Origin: Lama guanicoe
Taxonomy: Eukaryota
Length of the DNA: 64,000 nt
Assembly (NCBI GenBank): GCA_013239625.1
Contig: MU057350.1
Span: forward strand, 24,578,682 to 24,642,681
Direction of reading: 5' to 3'
The translations under genes were made by a program, and so were the position numbers. This document shows positions 26,714 through 40,419 of this stretch, in pieces (position 1 is the first letter of the stretch; each line of letters starts with the position of its first letter). The notes under the pieces were generated by a model that worked only from the letters and a program-made list of their open reading frames with translations, was not told the origin of the DNA and searched no databases.

Positions 26714-27869
26714 AGGTGACATGTGTCTGAAATTGTTGACAAAATTACAATAAGGTTAATATATGGAATTTTTAGGGTTGCTAGTGAAGCAAGATGACAA
26801 AGTTAATGAAATCATACTTACCCTTAAATAAAGTCATGTCTAAGATAGAAGAAATTTAAAAAATTGAAAGTCAACATCTTTTTTTCCCCTTACCTGGCAC
26901 TATTTTGAATAATAGAGAAAATCCTATTGTTCTTGAAAACTGCCTTAAGATAGGCAGGAATTTATAGCAAGTATAAGTTCCTACTTTGGCAGCTAGCCCA
27001 TAGAACTTTTTCTGCTCTGGTTTTAAAGAATTTTGTATTTAAAAAATAATACTAAAAAGATTATATTTGTAAATCTTGAATAGATACCATAGTTTGGTTC
27101 AGTAAACATCCTGCTATAACCATTTATACCCTGAGTTCTCCATGGGACCCAGAAAAAAAGTGAAGCAGAGAGTGGTTTTGTTTGAATTGTGTGATCAGAA
27201 ATAGCCAATTGGGGCAGAGGGCTTCCTAGGAGCTGGGGTCAGTAGGAAACAAAAAACTGAATAGCAAGTAGGTAATGAGTAGGGCCAAACTATTTACGAT
27301 AGCACTTGCTACTTTAATTGGTAATCGTGGTGAAGATAAAATAATCACTGTACCTTGATTCCCCTTTTGTTATTGTATCCACTTAGAAATACATGAAACC
27401 AGAGCACACGTTTGTTTTTACATCTCTAGAATTGCTTTTAAATTTTGTTTATATGAAACATGCTGAATGAAAGCAAACTTTGGTTTCATTTACATTATAA
27501 TTGAACATGAATGCTAGCAATATTTTTATTTATAAAATTCTTAAGTAAGTACTACATTCTCATGGGTCTAATGTTTCCATTATTTCTAACACTAGTATAC
27601 AGTGGAAAACTTGAACTCCCACCCCTCCATCCTATCAATCATGCTTCACAAAATAGGTAACCACTAATACTAGTTTCTCATGTATTATTGAAGAGACTTT
27701 CATGTATGTTAACAACAGAATGAATAAATGGTTCCCTTTTCTTCCATTTTTACACAAAGGCTGCATGCTACAAACATTGTTCTAAACCATGCTTTTTTCT
27801 GTGGAGTGATATATCTTCTGCTGATGACATATAAATTATGCTCATCAACATAAGGTGATATTCTTAGGA

Positions 27870-28100
27870 TGATATGATGGTGGTGATGGTGGTGGCTCTG
27901 AAGTCATGACGTGCATTAATGCATTTGGTCATCATAACGACCTCATGAAGTACAGTGCTATTACTATAACCCCCAGTTGACAGATGGAGAAACCAGGGCA
28001 TAGAGAGCTTAAGCACCATGACCACATTTACAAAGGTAGTTAGTGTTGGAATTGGAATTATTTGAATTTGGACTCCAGAAATGTCTTCTTAATCTCTCTA
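27870..28100 (-). repeat. MIR SINE
   Basis: ccagttgacagatggagaaaccagggcatagagagcttaag MIR core. Confidence 0.65.
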
Positions 28101-29202
28101 CTGCTAAATCTCCTTCCTGAAAACTTCCGTATCAATGTCAGAAAGCTTTCTTATTCTTTTTCACCTCTGAATATTATTTTATGTCCTCACCATAATTTAT
28201 TAGGGCATTCTTCTGTTTCATTTTGTAGTTTGTACAAAATTATTTTGCGTATTTAATGGAAAATCTGCAGGATAACTTCTCTGAAGTAGAATTGATGATC
28301 TGAGGGGGACCAGCACTTTTCCCCTTTTTCATTAAATTGAGCTATTGAGTGATGTGCACAGATCATAAGTATATATAGCTATGAATACACATATTTAGCT
28401 GCCTTTAAGATCAAGATTTTTACTTGAGCACTCAGAAGCTCTGGTATGTTTCTTTCTAGTTAATTCCCAGCATTGTCCCAAAAGATACCCTTTGATGTCT
28501 ATCACCATAAAAAAAGTTTCGTCTGCTCTTTAGTTCTGTGTAGTTGGAATTGTGTAGCATGCACTATTTTGTGTCGGATTTCTTTCCTGTCACTGCATCT
28601 GTGAAATTTATCTTTGTTTTTGCGTGTAGTAGCAGTTTATTCCTTTTCATTGCTGCATAGTAGTCCATTGTGCAGATATATCAAAATTTGTTCATTCTAC
28701 TGTTGATGGGTATTTGGGTTGTTGGAAGTTTCTGGATATGAAGAAAAAACTACAATGAATACTCATGCACATGTGTTTTGATGGACATGTGCGTTTGGGA
28801 GTGGAACTGCTGGGTTGTAGGCATCCGTGTGTTTTGGTAGATAATGCAATACAATTGACCAGACTGTTGTTTTTGTTTTTTTTGTTTTTGATTTATAGTC
28901 TCACCAGTAATGAGTTTTCGTTGCTCCACTTCCTTGCTGATGCTTGGTGTTGTCAGTCTTAAATTTTGGTCTTCCTGTGGCTGTACTGTGACGTATCATT
29001 GTGGCTTTGATTTGCTTTCCTTTCATTTCCTTTTTGGCACTTTGGGTGTGCCCTTTGGTGAAGTTACTGCTCGAATCTTGCCTGTTTTTTATTTGGTTGT
29101 CCATTGTTTTCTCATTGATTTATGGGAATTCTAGATAAGAGTTCTGAATAGGAGCTCTTTGTTGGATTTATGTTTTGCAAATATCTTCTCCCAGTTCATG
29201 CC

Positions 29203-29560
29203 TGTTTTAATCAGTTCAAGCTGCTGTAACAGAATGCCACAGACTAGGTGGTTTACAAACAGGCATTCATTTCTCACAGTTCTGGAGGCTGGAAGTCCAT
29301 GATCGAAGTGCTGGCAGCCCTGGTGTCCAGTGAGGAGCAGTTTCCTGCTTCATAGGTGCTGTCTCCTCTCTGCGTCCTCTCCTGATGGAAGGGGCAGGGC
29401 AGCTCTGTGGTGTATCTTTTATAAAAGGACACTAATCCTGTTCACAAAGACTCCACCCTCAGAACCTAATCACCTCTCAAAAATACCACCTCCAAATATT
29501 GCATTGGAGATTTGATTTCAGGAATTTTGATGGGGGGGGTACAAACATTCAGTCTAAAGC
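29203..29560 (-). mobile_element. MLT1A/B-type MaLR solo LTR
   Basis: gctgctgtaacagaatgccacagactaggtgg…tttctcacagttctggaggctggaagtcc…acaaacattcagtc. Confidence 0.8.
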
Positions 29561-29668
29561 CAAGCCTTTTTCCTTTTTCTCTTAATGTTGCCTTTTTATG
29601 AACAGAGTTCCTAATTTTTCTAATTTTTTAAAATAGTGCTATTTATGTCCTTTTAAAGAAATCTTTGC

Positions 29669-29847
29669 AACAACTAGGTCCTACTGTATAGCACAGGGAA
29701 CTATATTCAGTATCTTACAATGGCATATAATGAGAAGAACATGAAAAAGAATGTATATGTATAAGTGAATCACCATGCTATACACCAGAAACTAGCACAA
29801 CATTGTAAATCAACTATACTTCAATTTTAAAAAAGAAAAAAAAAGAA
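29669..29847 (+). mobile_element. 5'-truncated artiodactyl L1 3' end with poly(A) and TSD
   Basis: ggtcctactgtatagcacagggaactatattc…caactatacttcaat then an A-tail; perfect TSD aaatctttgc at 29659-29668 and 29848-29857. Confidence 0.85.
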
Positions 29848-30839
29848 AAATCTTTGCTTACCCTAAGATCATGAAGAGATTCTCCTTTGTTTTCTTTAAA
29901 AGAAGCTTTAAATGTGTTTTATCTTTCATATTTAGGTCCATGATGCGGTGACGTGACTGTACTTGACTTTTGTGTATGATACGTGGTAGGAGGAGCAAAT
30001 TCTTGAAATTATTCTTTGTTTCTTAGGGGAAAAATAAAAACCAACATAGACATCAGCTTGTTTTTTATGTCGTGGGTTTTTGTTTTGTTTTGCTTTGCTT
30101 TGTTTTGTTTTGTTTTACATTCTTGATTTAAGATCTATTTAAAAATTTTATTTTATTGGCAAACTCTTTATAATACTTTGTACTCTGACAAACAGAGGGC
30201 TCCCTGAGGTGTTTTTCTCTGGACTTCCTTCCATTATTCAGATCCTGGTGAGTTTAAACAATTACTGAGTTATAATTATTATTGATACAATAATAATGGA
30301 TTATTTAAAACTGCCAGTGATTTTTATATTTAGTAATTCTCAGGCTAGAAATAACTCTTGCAAATATATGAACCTCTGTCAAGTAAACAAAGAATTTCAA
30401 ATACTTCTTTCATTTATTTGGTTTCTTAGTAGCAATTATCTTTGTAATTTTTTAACATACTTCTGGGTGTTCTGATGTTCTCTGCATTGGTGGAAAACTT
30501 TACTTTCATTTTCTAGCTTAGTATTTTCTTAAACTTTGCACCATGTGAAAGAATGACTAAGGTCACCATTAAGTGATAGCCCGTGGTCGAGTAAGCGCCA
30601 GAGGCAGGGACGTTTCCTTTCTTACTACTATATTGCAAACGTGAATGACACTTTTACTTTTTTTCTCACGGGTGTCTCCTAGTGGCCATTTATGGACAAT
30701 TTATTTAGTAATTTTTTATTTAATCTAAGTGATTTGATTTATAAAAAGAGAGAGAATGAAAGCCAGAATTACGGGTAGCAGTGAAATTATAGGGTTTGAG
30801 GGCTTTTGAGAGGTCACCTTCTCTCCCTGTACAGGTAGG

Positions 30840-31130
30840 TTTTGTTTTTTAGTAGAGGTATAAGTGTCGTACATTGTATTAATTCAGGCATAGAATGTGA
30901 TGATTCGATATTTGTGTATGTGTATATTGCAAAATGTTCACCACAGTAAATCTAGTTAACATGTATCACCAAACACAGTTACCATTTTTTTCTCTTGTGA
31001 TGAAAACTTTTAAGATCTGCTCTTTCATCAACCTTCAGATACGCAGTATAATATTAATAAAGCACATTGTATTGCCAGGACTTTATTTATTTTATAACTG
31101 GAAGCCTGTACCTTTTGACCCCTTCACCTG
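30840..31130 (-). mobile_element. L1 3' end fragment
   Basis: aaatgttcaccacagtaaatctagttaac…ataactggaagcctgtaccttttgaccccttcac. Confidence 0.7.
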
Positions 31131-31349
31131 TGTTTTTGTTATAGTATCACAAAGCCTCTGTTTTTTACTAATATAATTGAAAATAATTTTTATTCAGATT
31201 TCAGCTTTACCTCTTTTGTTTCAATCTTTAACTTCTCTTAACTTCTTTCTTATCCTAATCTTCTCAGTTGTCTTAAATAGTCTTATATTCTCTTGTATTT
31301 TGTTATCAAGATAGAAGGTCTTTCTTTTTTTTTTCAAGTATTCAATAGA

Positions 31350-31530
31350 ATTTTTATTTTACTTTTATTTTATTTTAAAATTGAAATACCATCAGTTACA
31401 ATGTGTCAGTCTCTGGTGTACAGCACAATGTCCCAGCCATGCATATATTCATTTACGTATTTTTTTTCCCATTAGAGGTTATTACAAGATACTAAACAGA
31501 GTTCCCTGTGCTATACAGAAGAAACTTTTT
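31350..31530 (-). mobile_element. Camelid/artiodactyl L1 3' end
   Basis: T-rich tail, then cagttacaatgtgtcag…ggttattacaagatact…gttccctgtgctatacag. Confidence 0.75.
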
Positions 31531-33863
31531 TTTAGGAGGTTTTCCTTAACTGAATTTATTTCCTTTATTAAAAAGGGGCAGTCTGCTAACCCTGGCAAAC
31601 ACCTGACTCACGGGCCAGTTCCAGGCAGCTGCTGATTATTTATTTGTTTGATGTTTTGAATGCTGGAAAGCTAAGAGTGATTTTTAAATGATTTAATGGT
31701 TCCGTTTTAAGTGGTTAATAAGTGCCTGCGTAACAGCGTCAATTTTGCTCTTGGCCAGCGAAGCTTACACTGTTTGCTCTCTGGCTCCTCATGCCTTCCC
31801 AAGGTTTTCTCAGCAGGGGTTCTCTTTCATTTGGGAAGGTCAGTTTGTTGTGACAACCACAAATGCCCCCAGGAAGCAGTGCCCTGTGTGAGCGGTCAGT
31901 AGTCCTTGCTCCTTTCTCCAGTCCTGACTTGGAATCGTTAGAGTCAGTGCCCTCTGTTTCAACACCCAGCTTCTCTCTCATACTCTGTCGCATTTATTTG
32001 GTTTTTGAAAAAAACTGATTCCTTTAAACGTGAATATTTTAGAGGACATACTTTGAGAACAGAGTTGGCACTTTGATGTTTTATTAGATGACATCCAGCT
32101 ACCTGTGTTTTGTTATTCTTTGCAAAGGCCTGTGGAAAGCGTGGGGACACCGTTCTGCTCCGTCCCCAAACCCTGCCGGATGAGATGATTGTGGCGTCTC
32201 CAGCGTACAGTCAGGTGACTGTCCCAAACCACACAGCTTGTAAGCAGGTGGCGATGTGTTCTGGAACATTTCCTAGAGGAAGGGAAAGAGTCAAGAGACC
32301 ACATCCTAGACACTGAAAGTTTATCCTCAGCTATTGACTCTGCATTGGAAGAGTAAATTTCATAGAAACAAGGGGAAATGTGTCCACTCCAGTGAGTGTC
32401 CACTGTTTCTCGTGGCCCCAGTAGTTTTTGAATTTTCTCTCTGACATCCTGACTTTTAGCGAGTGCAAGTACGTTGAAGCCGTGTACCACAGACAGATGC
32501 CGTGGGCGTCTCATCTCACCCGGGCAGGTGGTTCGGAATTGGGGGTGGTAGGCTCTTGTCTTGTATTTTCCCTTCTGGATCTCAGCTTATAGGCTGTCAG
32601 CGCTTGAGGGGCCCTGCATTCCCTTAACTATCCAGTGCCTGGCATAGCGCCTGGCCATGGCGGGCACCCAGCTACGTTTACTGGCTTAGTAGGTGCATTG
32701 CAGGTGTGGGATCCGTCACAGCGTGGTGAGCACTGGGGCTGGAACAGAGTTAGGTCTGAGTGTTGTCGCGCTCCAGGCCTCTGTTCATCACTGGTTCTGG
32801 CGAGGGGCTTGTCGGCATCCCGGCGTGGTCTTTGTAGACCTGTCAGCATACATTGTCAACCTCTGGTCCTTCTGTGGGAACACGTGCTGCCTCCTTCGAT
32901 CCTCTGTTGAGGCCGTGTCCCGTGTCCTCGTCTGTCTGTCCCCCGTCCACTTCCTCCTTCCTTCCATCTAGTGTTTCAAGTTTCAGGAATTGTCTCAAGA
33001 GCTGCCTGACTAGACACACATCGCTGAGAACGCCTTCCCACATCCCGCTGTCACTGTGCAGCTTTCGGAATTGGTTTAGAAAGGCAGTTCAGTGATAGGA
33101 CCTGGTAAACCTGTAGCCGTGACTCCTAAACCGTGCCTGCCTGGCATGGCGGCTGCGGCCCGGGTGAGGTGTCTGCCCAGCCCACTTGGCTCCCTCGTTA
33201 GGAAGGAAGGAAGCCTGCAGATGTCCACTGCTTTCATTTTAGGAAGCACTGTCTGCCTCGTTTTTTGAGGCGCAGCCTTGGCAGCCAAGCTCTTTTGGAG
33301 CTAATCCTTCCGGCACTTAATGTGTTTGTGCCTCAGTTTTTCAGGCCATGAAATGGGGCTAATAATACACCTGGCTCATAGGGTTCCTCCGTGTAAGGTG
33401 CTGGCACAGTGCCAGGATTGTGGTCAACCTCTGTGAGTGACTGGCTGCTACTGTTTGCTGTTACTCATCTTTGACCTCGTTGCTCACATCACCAGGCTGC
33501 CCTTGTGTTCATCACACGTCGTTGTGGTCTGTGCATCTGAGTGCCCTGTGACTCACAGCTTTCAAGGGCAAGAACCACAGTTTACCATTATGTCCCTGAG
33601 CCTTGCCCAGCGTGTGGTCCATTCGTATTTGTTGGACTTGACCACAGGCAGCTAGAGAGGTCTGTTTGGGGTTTACTGACGTGGAGATGCTGCTGTCTTG
33701 AGCCTTATCAGCTGGAGAGTGTGCCAAGTGGTAAGTGGGGTGAAACAGCATTAAAAAGGGTAAAGTCCATGGTTGCTGTTCTAAATCACTGCTGCTCTCT
33801 CTCTGTTACCCTCATAGGAGAGGCAGTATTGACATTTGTTAAGCAGATGGTCCACAGTGAAAC

Positions 33864-33888
33864 TGTGTGTGTGTGTGTGTGTGTGTGT
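33864..33888. repeat. (TG)12 microsatellite
   Basis: Directly visible. Confidence 0.95.
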
Positions 33889-34097
33889 ACCCAGTGTATA
33901 AGTAGTTAACACAGTGAAAGTTAGGAAGGCAGTCTTGTGGTGAGGAAAATAGCATGAAACACAGTCTTCAAAAGGAAGAGGTGTTAAGGGCTAGAGCTCT
34001 GTTTATCAGTGTGTTTTAGTTACCAAGAAACCTCTTGGTAGTTATATGTCCAGAAACATGCTCCTAGAATAACGCTTTCTTTCCCTCCCCCCCCCAG

Positions 34098-34222
34098 GAT
34101 TTGACGGGGTCTGATCTCTACACGCAGGCAGCCAGTCTCCTGCACCCTGTGGTTTACACCACTGCCGTCATTCTTCTTTTGAGCCTCTCCGTAGTCCTTG
34201 TCAGTTACATATTCCATCACAG
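34098..34222 (+). CDS. ADGRA3: ADGRA3 exon: TM1 (DLTGSDLYTQAASLLHPVVYTTAVILLLSLSVVLVSYIFHH)
   Basis: ccccag|GAT acceptor, AG|gtgaga donor, 125 nt, phase 0-2; translated by hand (not in the ORF track). Confidence 0.93.
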
Positions 34223-34395
34223 GTGAGAAATAAAACTTTGCAAATGGAGATCTGTGGACTTGGATTCAGAGGAGTTTATGTCACATTTAATTAGGGTAGA
34301 ACTGAGTTTAAGACCATGCTACCCTTCCAAAGTAAGGACGATTACTTCATAAAGCCTACAAGCCTTCGTCATTCCATGCAACTCAAGACGTGGAT

Positions 34396-34574
34396 GGCAG
34401 GAGGGTATAGCTCAGTGGTAGAGCGCATTCTTAGCATGCACGAGGTCCTGGGTTCAGTCCCCATTACCTGCATTAAAATAAGTAAGTAAATAGACCTAAT
34501 TACCTTCCCCAAAACAAAAACAAACAAAAAACCCAAGCAAAAACTAAATAAAATATTAAAAAATATTTTTTTAA
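34396..34574 (+). mobile_element. tRNA-derived SINE (Vic-1-like, camelid)
   Basis: A box (tagctcagtggtagag), B box (ggttcagtccc), taaa-rich linker, cctaattacc-Cn and A-rich tail; degenerate TSD aagacgtggat/aagatgtaaat. Confidence 0.85.
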
Positions 34575-35504
34575 AAGATGTAAATAATTAGTACGTGTGA
34601 TGGTGAATTCACCTTCTACAGCATTCATTCAATTTGCTGGGTTTGTATCTGGGGAAGAATCTAGGGAGTGTGTGTTGGCGGCTGGGGCTGGGGCACCAGG
34701 GGTGAGGTAAAGTGGAGCCTTGTTACCTGCAGAGGTGTTTTCCAGAACTAGACTGTGGTATTATTCCTGTTTCATGAATTTGTGCCTGTTGTGTGTAATA
34801 TTCTTTTATAGACAGCATTAAAGAAAGTTTGTGGCATTTAAGTGTGGAATATGATTTTTGTTAATTGGAGGCAAAGAAAGCTAGAGAAACTTTTGTTTTA
34901 TGGTAGGAAATAATGAACTGAAAGCATTTGCTAAGCAGAAACTCACTGTACAAGAGGTTTTGCTAGAATGTATTTTCCTCTGTAAGCTGGATATACATGA
35001 CATTTCTTGGCATTTAGTTAAGAAACAGAGATTTTGATATAAAAAAGACAGACTTCAGCATTTCACTGTGAAAGGCCAGGGAGAAATATGTTGGGCATTT
35101 AGACCACGTTATCCTAGTAGGTCAGGAAAAATATAGACTGGCATCTTACAGAACCTCCCAGAAAGCAAACAAGTAATCCATCTGTCATAAGACATTGTAA
35201 CTAACAAAAGCTCACATATTTCTTATTATGGAGAATTTGTTTTGCCTTTAGTGCATCCAGTCATTCCTTTTAACTTGTCTTTTTTACTGTATAAAGTTAA
35301 ATGTTAAGAAACTATATTGAGTTGAGTGATTTCTCAAACGTTCTCTGTGTGTGTGTCTGATAGTGTGTTTTTAAAATCAAATGTGTGGACGTTTACATTT
35401 GGCCTTTTATGAGTTGGAAATGTCAATGTGGAGATGAATATTGTAGTGTCCAGCTTCATACTTACTAACCTGCGTATTAATTTTTTCTCTTTTTCTTTTA
35501 ACAG

Positions 35505-35628
35505 CTTGATTAGAATCAGTCTCAAAGGCTGGCACATGCTTGTGAACTTGTGCTTTCATATTTTCCTGACCTGTGTGGTCTTTGTGGGAGGAATAACCCA
35601 AACTAGAAATGCCAGCGTCTGCCAAGCA
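35505..35628 (+). CDS. ADGRA3: ADGRA3 exon: TM2 ([41 protein letters not shown])
   Basis: TACTAAC branch point at 35463, aacag|C acceptor, GCA|gtaagt donor, 124 nt, phase 2-0. Confidence 0.94.
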
Positions 35629-36289
35629 GTAAGTCAAAGTGAAGAACTGGAATGAAAAAAAAAATACATTGATAGAAAGTAATTTCATATGTTTTATTTG
35701 CTATAAAGGAAGCAATGTTTCTTTAAAGTTTTTTCTTTAGCTAATTAAATTTAAACTGAATGTCACTTAAACACTTTACCCAGTATATTTCAAGTTTTGA
35801 ATTATCATTTCACAACTGAATATATGACTTAATAGGGCTTTTTTTTTTATTTTTGGGAATTTTGTGCTACTTGTTATGTCTATTATAATTAATTTTAAAA
35901 AATTTATGAAATCTTTGGCTGAAAGAGAAGTGACATTTTCTGACAGTAGGATATTAAAAACTTTTTTATCCTTTTATAAAAACAACAGGAATTAGAAAAA
36001 AATTTAACTGTAAGAAAAATGAGAAACTTTGTGGTAAATATGAATTAAAAATGTCAACTATTTAATTTCAAATAAGTTACTGCACGTGTAGCCTTAGTGA
36101 ACAGTATTCTTGCACTATAAAAAATCAAATACTGTTCCATATATGAATAGGGAATATGTAAAGTTTTATTTCTTCATTTGCATATTGTTTTCCTCACACA
36201 TACAGCAGGCAGTGTCACACAGTAATTAAGAGTTCAGACTGCATGGATTTGGCTCTCGGTCTTATTTACTGTGTTTTTATGGACAACTT

Positions 36290-36765
36290 ATTTAACTTTT
36301 TTTAATTGCAAAAGAACACATAACAAGAAATTACCTTCACCAAGTTTTAAGTGTGTGGCATGGTTGTTAACTCTAGTATAATGTTGCACAGCAGATCTCT
36401 GGAACATTTTCATCTCACATGACTGAAGCCACACCCTCTCCCATCTCCCTCTGCCCCAGCCCCCAGCAGCCTCCATTCCCTGCTTCTGTGAGCCCGACTC
36501 CTTAAATACCTCGTATAAGTGGAATCATGCAGTGTTTGTCCTTCTGCGACTGACGTGTTTATTTAGCGTAATATCCTCACGGGTCATCCACGTTGTAATA
36601 TGTGACAGGATTTCCTTCTTTTATTTATGGCTGAATAAATACTCTATTGTGTGTGTACACCACATTTTCTTTATTCACTCGTTGTTCCCAGCCTTTGGCT
36701 ATTGTAACACTGCAGTGAACATGGGAAGACGATTATCCTTTCAAGATCTTGATTTCAATATTTAA
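36290..36765 (-). mobile_element. L1M 3' end inserted into a MIR
   Basis: ataagtggaatcatgcagtgtttgtccttctg…; MIR halves flank it at about 36200-36290 and 36765-36830. Confidence 0.75.
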
Positions 36766-36839
36766 CAGTTCTGTGTCTCAGTTTTCTTACCTGTAAACTG
36801 GGAATAATAATTGAGTTGTCAGGTGATGTGATTATTATA

Positions 36840-38530
36840 TTAAAAAACCTGAAGTAATTGACAGATATATTGTTAGAAACAGTAGGAAGAGTTTAGCAAA
36901 AGTGAATGTAGCATTGTTTAGACTGTAGTTTAAGATGCAGAAGTTTGCTGCTAATATGCAGAAGTGCAACTATGAGAAAAAATAATGAATGGAAAGATCT
37001 CATTTATGTAGTATCTGAGAATACCCAGTACTTAGAAATAATTTTAAAATGTTCACGATTTGCAGGTAAAAATTTAATATGTCTTAAAGAAGACCTAAAT
37101 AAGTGGAAAGATACACTGTGTCCAAGGATAGGAAGAATTAAAATCAGAAGGGTGGCCATTTCTTCCTAAATTAATCTGTAGGTAAGGGAATTTTTCATGA
37201 AACACAATAAAATGGCCTTTAAATTTATATGAAAGCAAAGAAGGGCCGAAGATAGCTAGAATGCTTCTGTAAAATGATAGAGTGGGAAGATTTCTAATCA
37301 TCCAAACTTTGGAAGCTGTTGTAATTAAAAGTGTGGCATTTGGTGTAGGGATAGGTAAATTGACCAACACAACAGAATAGCGTGTCTGGAAGCAGACTCT
37401 CGCAGAGATTTGGTGTAAGACCGAGGTCGCATGTCTCATCCTCTGGGTGGAGAGAGACCACTGTACAGCTAAGGGAACTGGGGAAAATTCATTTGGAAAA
37501 AGATTAAAATGGATCTCTCCCACATGCCATATTAAAACAGTCAACTCTGGGTAGATTAAACAGATGTCCAAACCAAAGTGTTAAAATTTTTATTAGAAAA
37601 TATCATAATCCTTGGGATAAGGAGGGATTTCTTAAATATGACACTAAAAGGCACTGGCTAGAAAAGGAAGGAGATATATTTGACTAAATTAAAGGTAAGA
37701 TCTTTTTTTAAAAATTAAGATTGCTAAGGAAATGAAAAGGCAAGTTCCAAGTTAGAAGAAGCTATTCTCGATACATACCACTGACAGAGCATTAGAATAA
37801 ACACATAGATTAAAACATGTGAGAATCAGTGAGAATGCCTCAGACAGCCCAGAATTTCTTCTGGTGGTGAGGGTGACAAGCATTTCATAGCAGAGGAAAC
37901 CCAGGGGGCCTGTAGACCCCTGAAGAGATGTTCAGCGTTGGTGGTCATGGACTCGCAGACTAAGATAGTTACCATTTTATGCCTTTTCTGGCAGCAAAAA
38001 TTAAGCCTGGCAATGCCAAGTATTGAAGAACATGAGGAGCCACGTGTTTTATACATAGTGGGTGGGAATGTAAGTGGATGGTTCTGCAAAGCTTTACCTT
38101 CTAAAGTTGAACATTCACATACCCTGGGACCCACAGCCCTGCTCATGGGCTCGGAGCAAGCTTACCCATCTGGAGCAGACGTGTGCCTATGAATATTCAT
38201 AGCAGCACTCTGCACAGTAGCGGAAACCTGGAAGCAACCCAGATGCCCATCACTGAGAGAGTGAATGAGTAAACTGTGGCATTATACAAGAGTCAAAATT
38301 GATGAATTACAACAAGGCATACACAGTGGTACGAGTCAGTCCCAGGAATATAAGTGAAAAAAATAAGTCTTGTAAATTACATTCACCCCCCACCCCCACC
38401 CTGCCCCGCTAGCTTTTTTTATAAAGATAAACGTAACTGAAATGAAGCAGCACACTTTTCACAAAAATATACAGGTGCAATAAAACTGTAAAAAAGGAAA
38501 GCAGAGAGATGATCAGTGCAGGAGATAGGA
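36840..38530 (+). mobile_element. Degraded L1ME-type ORF2/3' UTR fragment
   Basis: ORF2-like peptide LKEDLNKWKD…RIGRI; ttcatagcagcact…cctggaagcaacccagatgcccatc. Confidence 0.75.
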
Positions 38531-40419
38531 TGATGATTATCTTGGCTGACGGGGATCTTAAAGTTTGATGAAGGTTTTTGTCAAGGTCTTCTGTCTTATC
38601 GATAGATTCTTGGACACTTATTGTTAACAAAAACTTATTAAATAGCTAAATAAAGATAGTCTGTGCTTGGGCCAATCATTACAGTATGTCATTAACCTAA
38701 GGCTGAGGATCAATCCAATATTGTATTCAGGAGATCCAGTTTAAAATACGTGTGTGTGTATTTAAGAATTGTTGAGAGGATTAAATGACTCCAGGGTACC
38801 TGGCATACAGTAAGCGCTCAACAACGTTAGCTATTTCTGCTACTGTTATTGACACAGTTACCTCTTAACTGTGCAGAATATTTAGGCCGTTACTATACAT
38901 CTGAAAACAAACTGGTTTGGAGTCTACAAAATCAGCTTAACAGATGTACACAAGATACTGCTTCTCTTTTCTCAGCCTTTCGCCCCTTCTTCACATGGTC
39001 TCAGTTTACTGTTACGGTTTCAGAGAAACAGTTCCTCCCCTTCCCTCCCCTCCCCTCATTATCCTGTGGTGCTTATTAAAATTCCATGGTACCTTCAAAA
39101 CTTTGTAATTGACTGTCATTTACTGTTTATTGTCCCTGAACTCTGCACAAGGACAGGAATTATATTGATCTGATTCACCAATGTTTATCCAGGGATCAGT
39201 ACAAGGCCTGACACATAGTAGGTGCTCAGCAAATATTGGGTAAATGAACAAAAAAGGCCTCTGTTGCAAATAGCAGAAATCATTCAACCCTGGAGCCATT
39301 TTTTGAGCGTAGACTATTAAGAGCATACCCAGGACACAATGGTAGTAATCGTCTCAATTCTGTCTAAAAATATTCATTGATTCCTTAGAGTAGGCACATA
39401 AATTTATTTCACTAAGGAAATGAATAGAAAGAGGCCATAGTAAAGATGACTGCCTTTCATCATCCTGAATGGTATTTTATGCCATTTCTAGAATGAAAAG
39501 GACAAGAATTGCACTGAGTTTTCAGGACCTCAAGAACGAGTATCTGTTAGTTAAAGATTTGCCCAGAGAGTGGGGCGGGCAGGTCTCTAGATGTTTTTGT
39601 ATGTTGTTTTCTTCTGTTTTTGTTTTTGTTTTTTTTTTTTTGACCGTGTTCTTTCCTTCCCCTGTGGAAGACATAACATCATTCTTGTTATCTCTGACTC
39701 AGACATAACTTGCTTCTTACTTAATTCAGTTAGCAGCCAGCAGGGTCTGCCGGAACAGCCCATATGACTAGCCATTTAACCTACTAGGGGCTTACTGTTT
39801 CTTTTATAAATAATGCGATGGGCTGTTCTTCCATTTCTAAAACTGAACCTTGAAGTGTGCATATTTTACATGCAGTTTTTAAGTGCACATGATCGGTGTG
39901 ACATAACCTTGCTGTTAGGGCTCACGTATTTTAGGAAAAGTGTGAGCAGGTTCCCACCCTGCAGTGACTGGTGGAGGTTATTAAAGACCCCACCAGCCAG
40001 GTCCTGCCCACTGTGCTTGTTTCGTCGTCCGTTCCAGGTGGTACCATGGCTGCATTCTGTAGCCTTTCACTCCCTTTTGCAAAAGGAGCCAGAGGAGAAC
40101 TGAGAAGCTGGGTGACAGAGGAGAAGGGGTGTTGACTCAAGGTTGGAAGGGATCTGGATTCTAGGTCACGTGCTGCCAAGTAATTGATTGTTAATTTTCT
40201 GGGTCTTGGTTTCCTTAGCTATGCAGTGATGGGATTTGGCTCATCTTACTTAAGTTACCTTGTTGCTCTACCACTCCGTGATTGAATTTAGTAAATGTAG
40301 TGCCCGGTGACTTTCTCAGGTGTCCTCTGTTATCCAGGGGCCTGCTGCAGGGGCACGTGAGATGCATTGGGAAAGATTCAATCCATGGATATGAAGAGCT
40401 TTCTACTTGGCAACTACTG

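Larger units (their letters stand above)
28330..29990 (-). mobile_element. Old L1M fragment with nested MLT1 and a younger L1
   Basis: L1 3'-region-like text (ttcattctactgttgatgggtatttgggtt; ttgcaaatatcttctccca) that resumes after the insertions. Confidence 0.65.

Noticed and set aside
32110-33300. GC-richer intronic stretch with many overlapping short ORFs
   Set aside because: No coherent splice signals or recognisable protein; ORF density follows base composition.
34400-34470. tRNA-like sequence with A and B boxes
   Set aside because: It has a SINE tail and TSD, and a second diverged copy lies at 51326-51492, so it is a tRNA-derived SINE rather than a tRNA gene.
37095-37571. 158-aa minus-strand ORF
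   Set aside because: Antisense to a degraded L1 ORF2 fragment, with no coding features.
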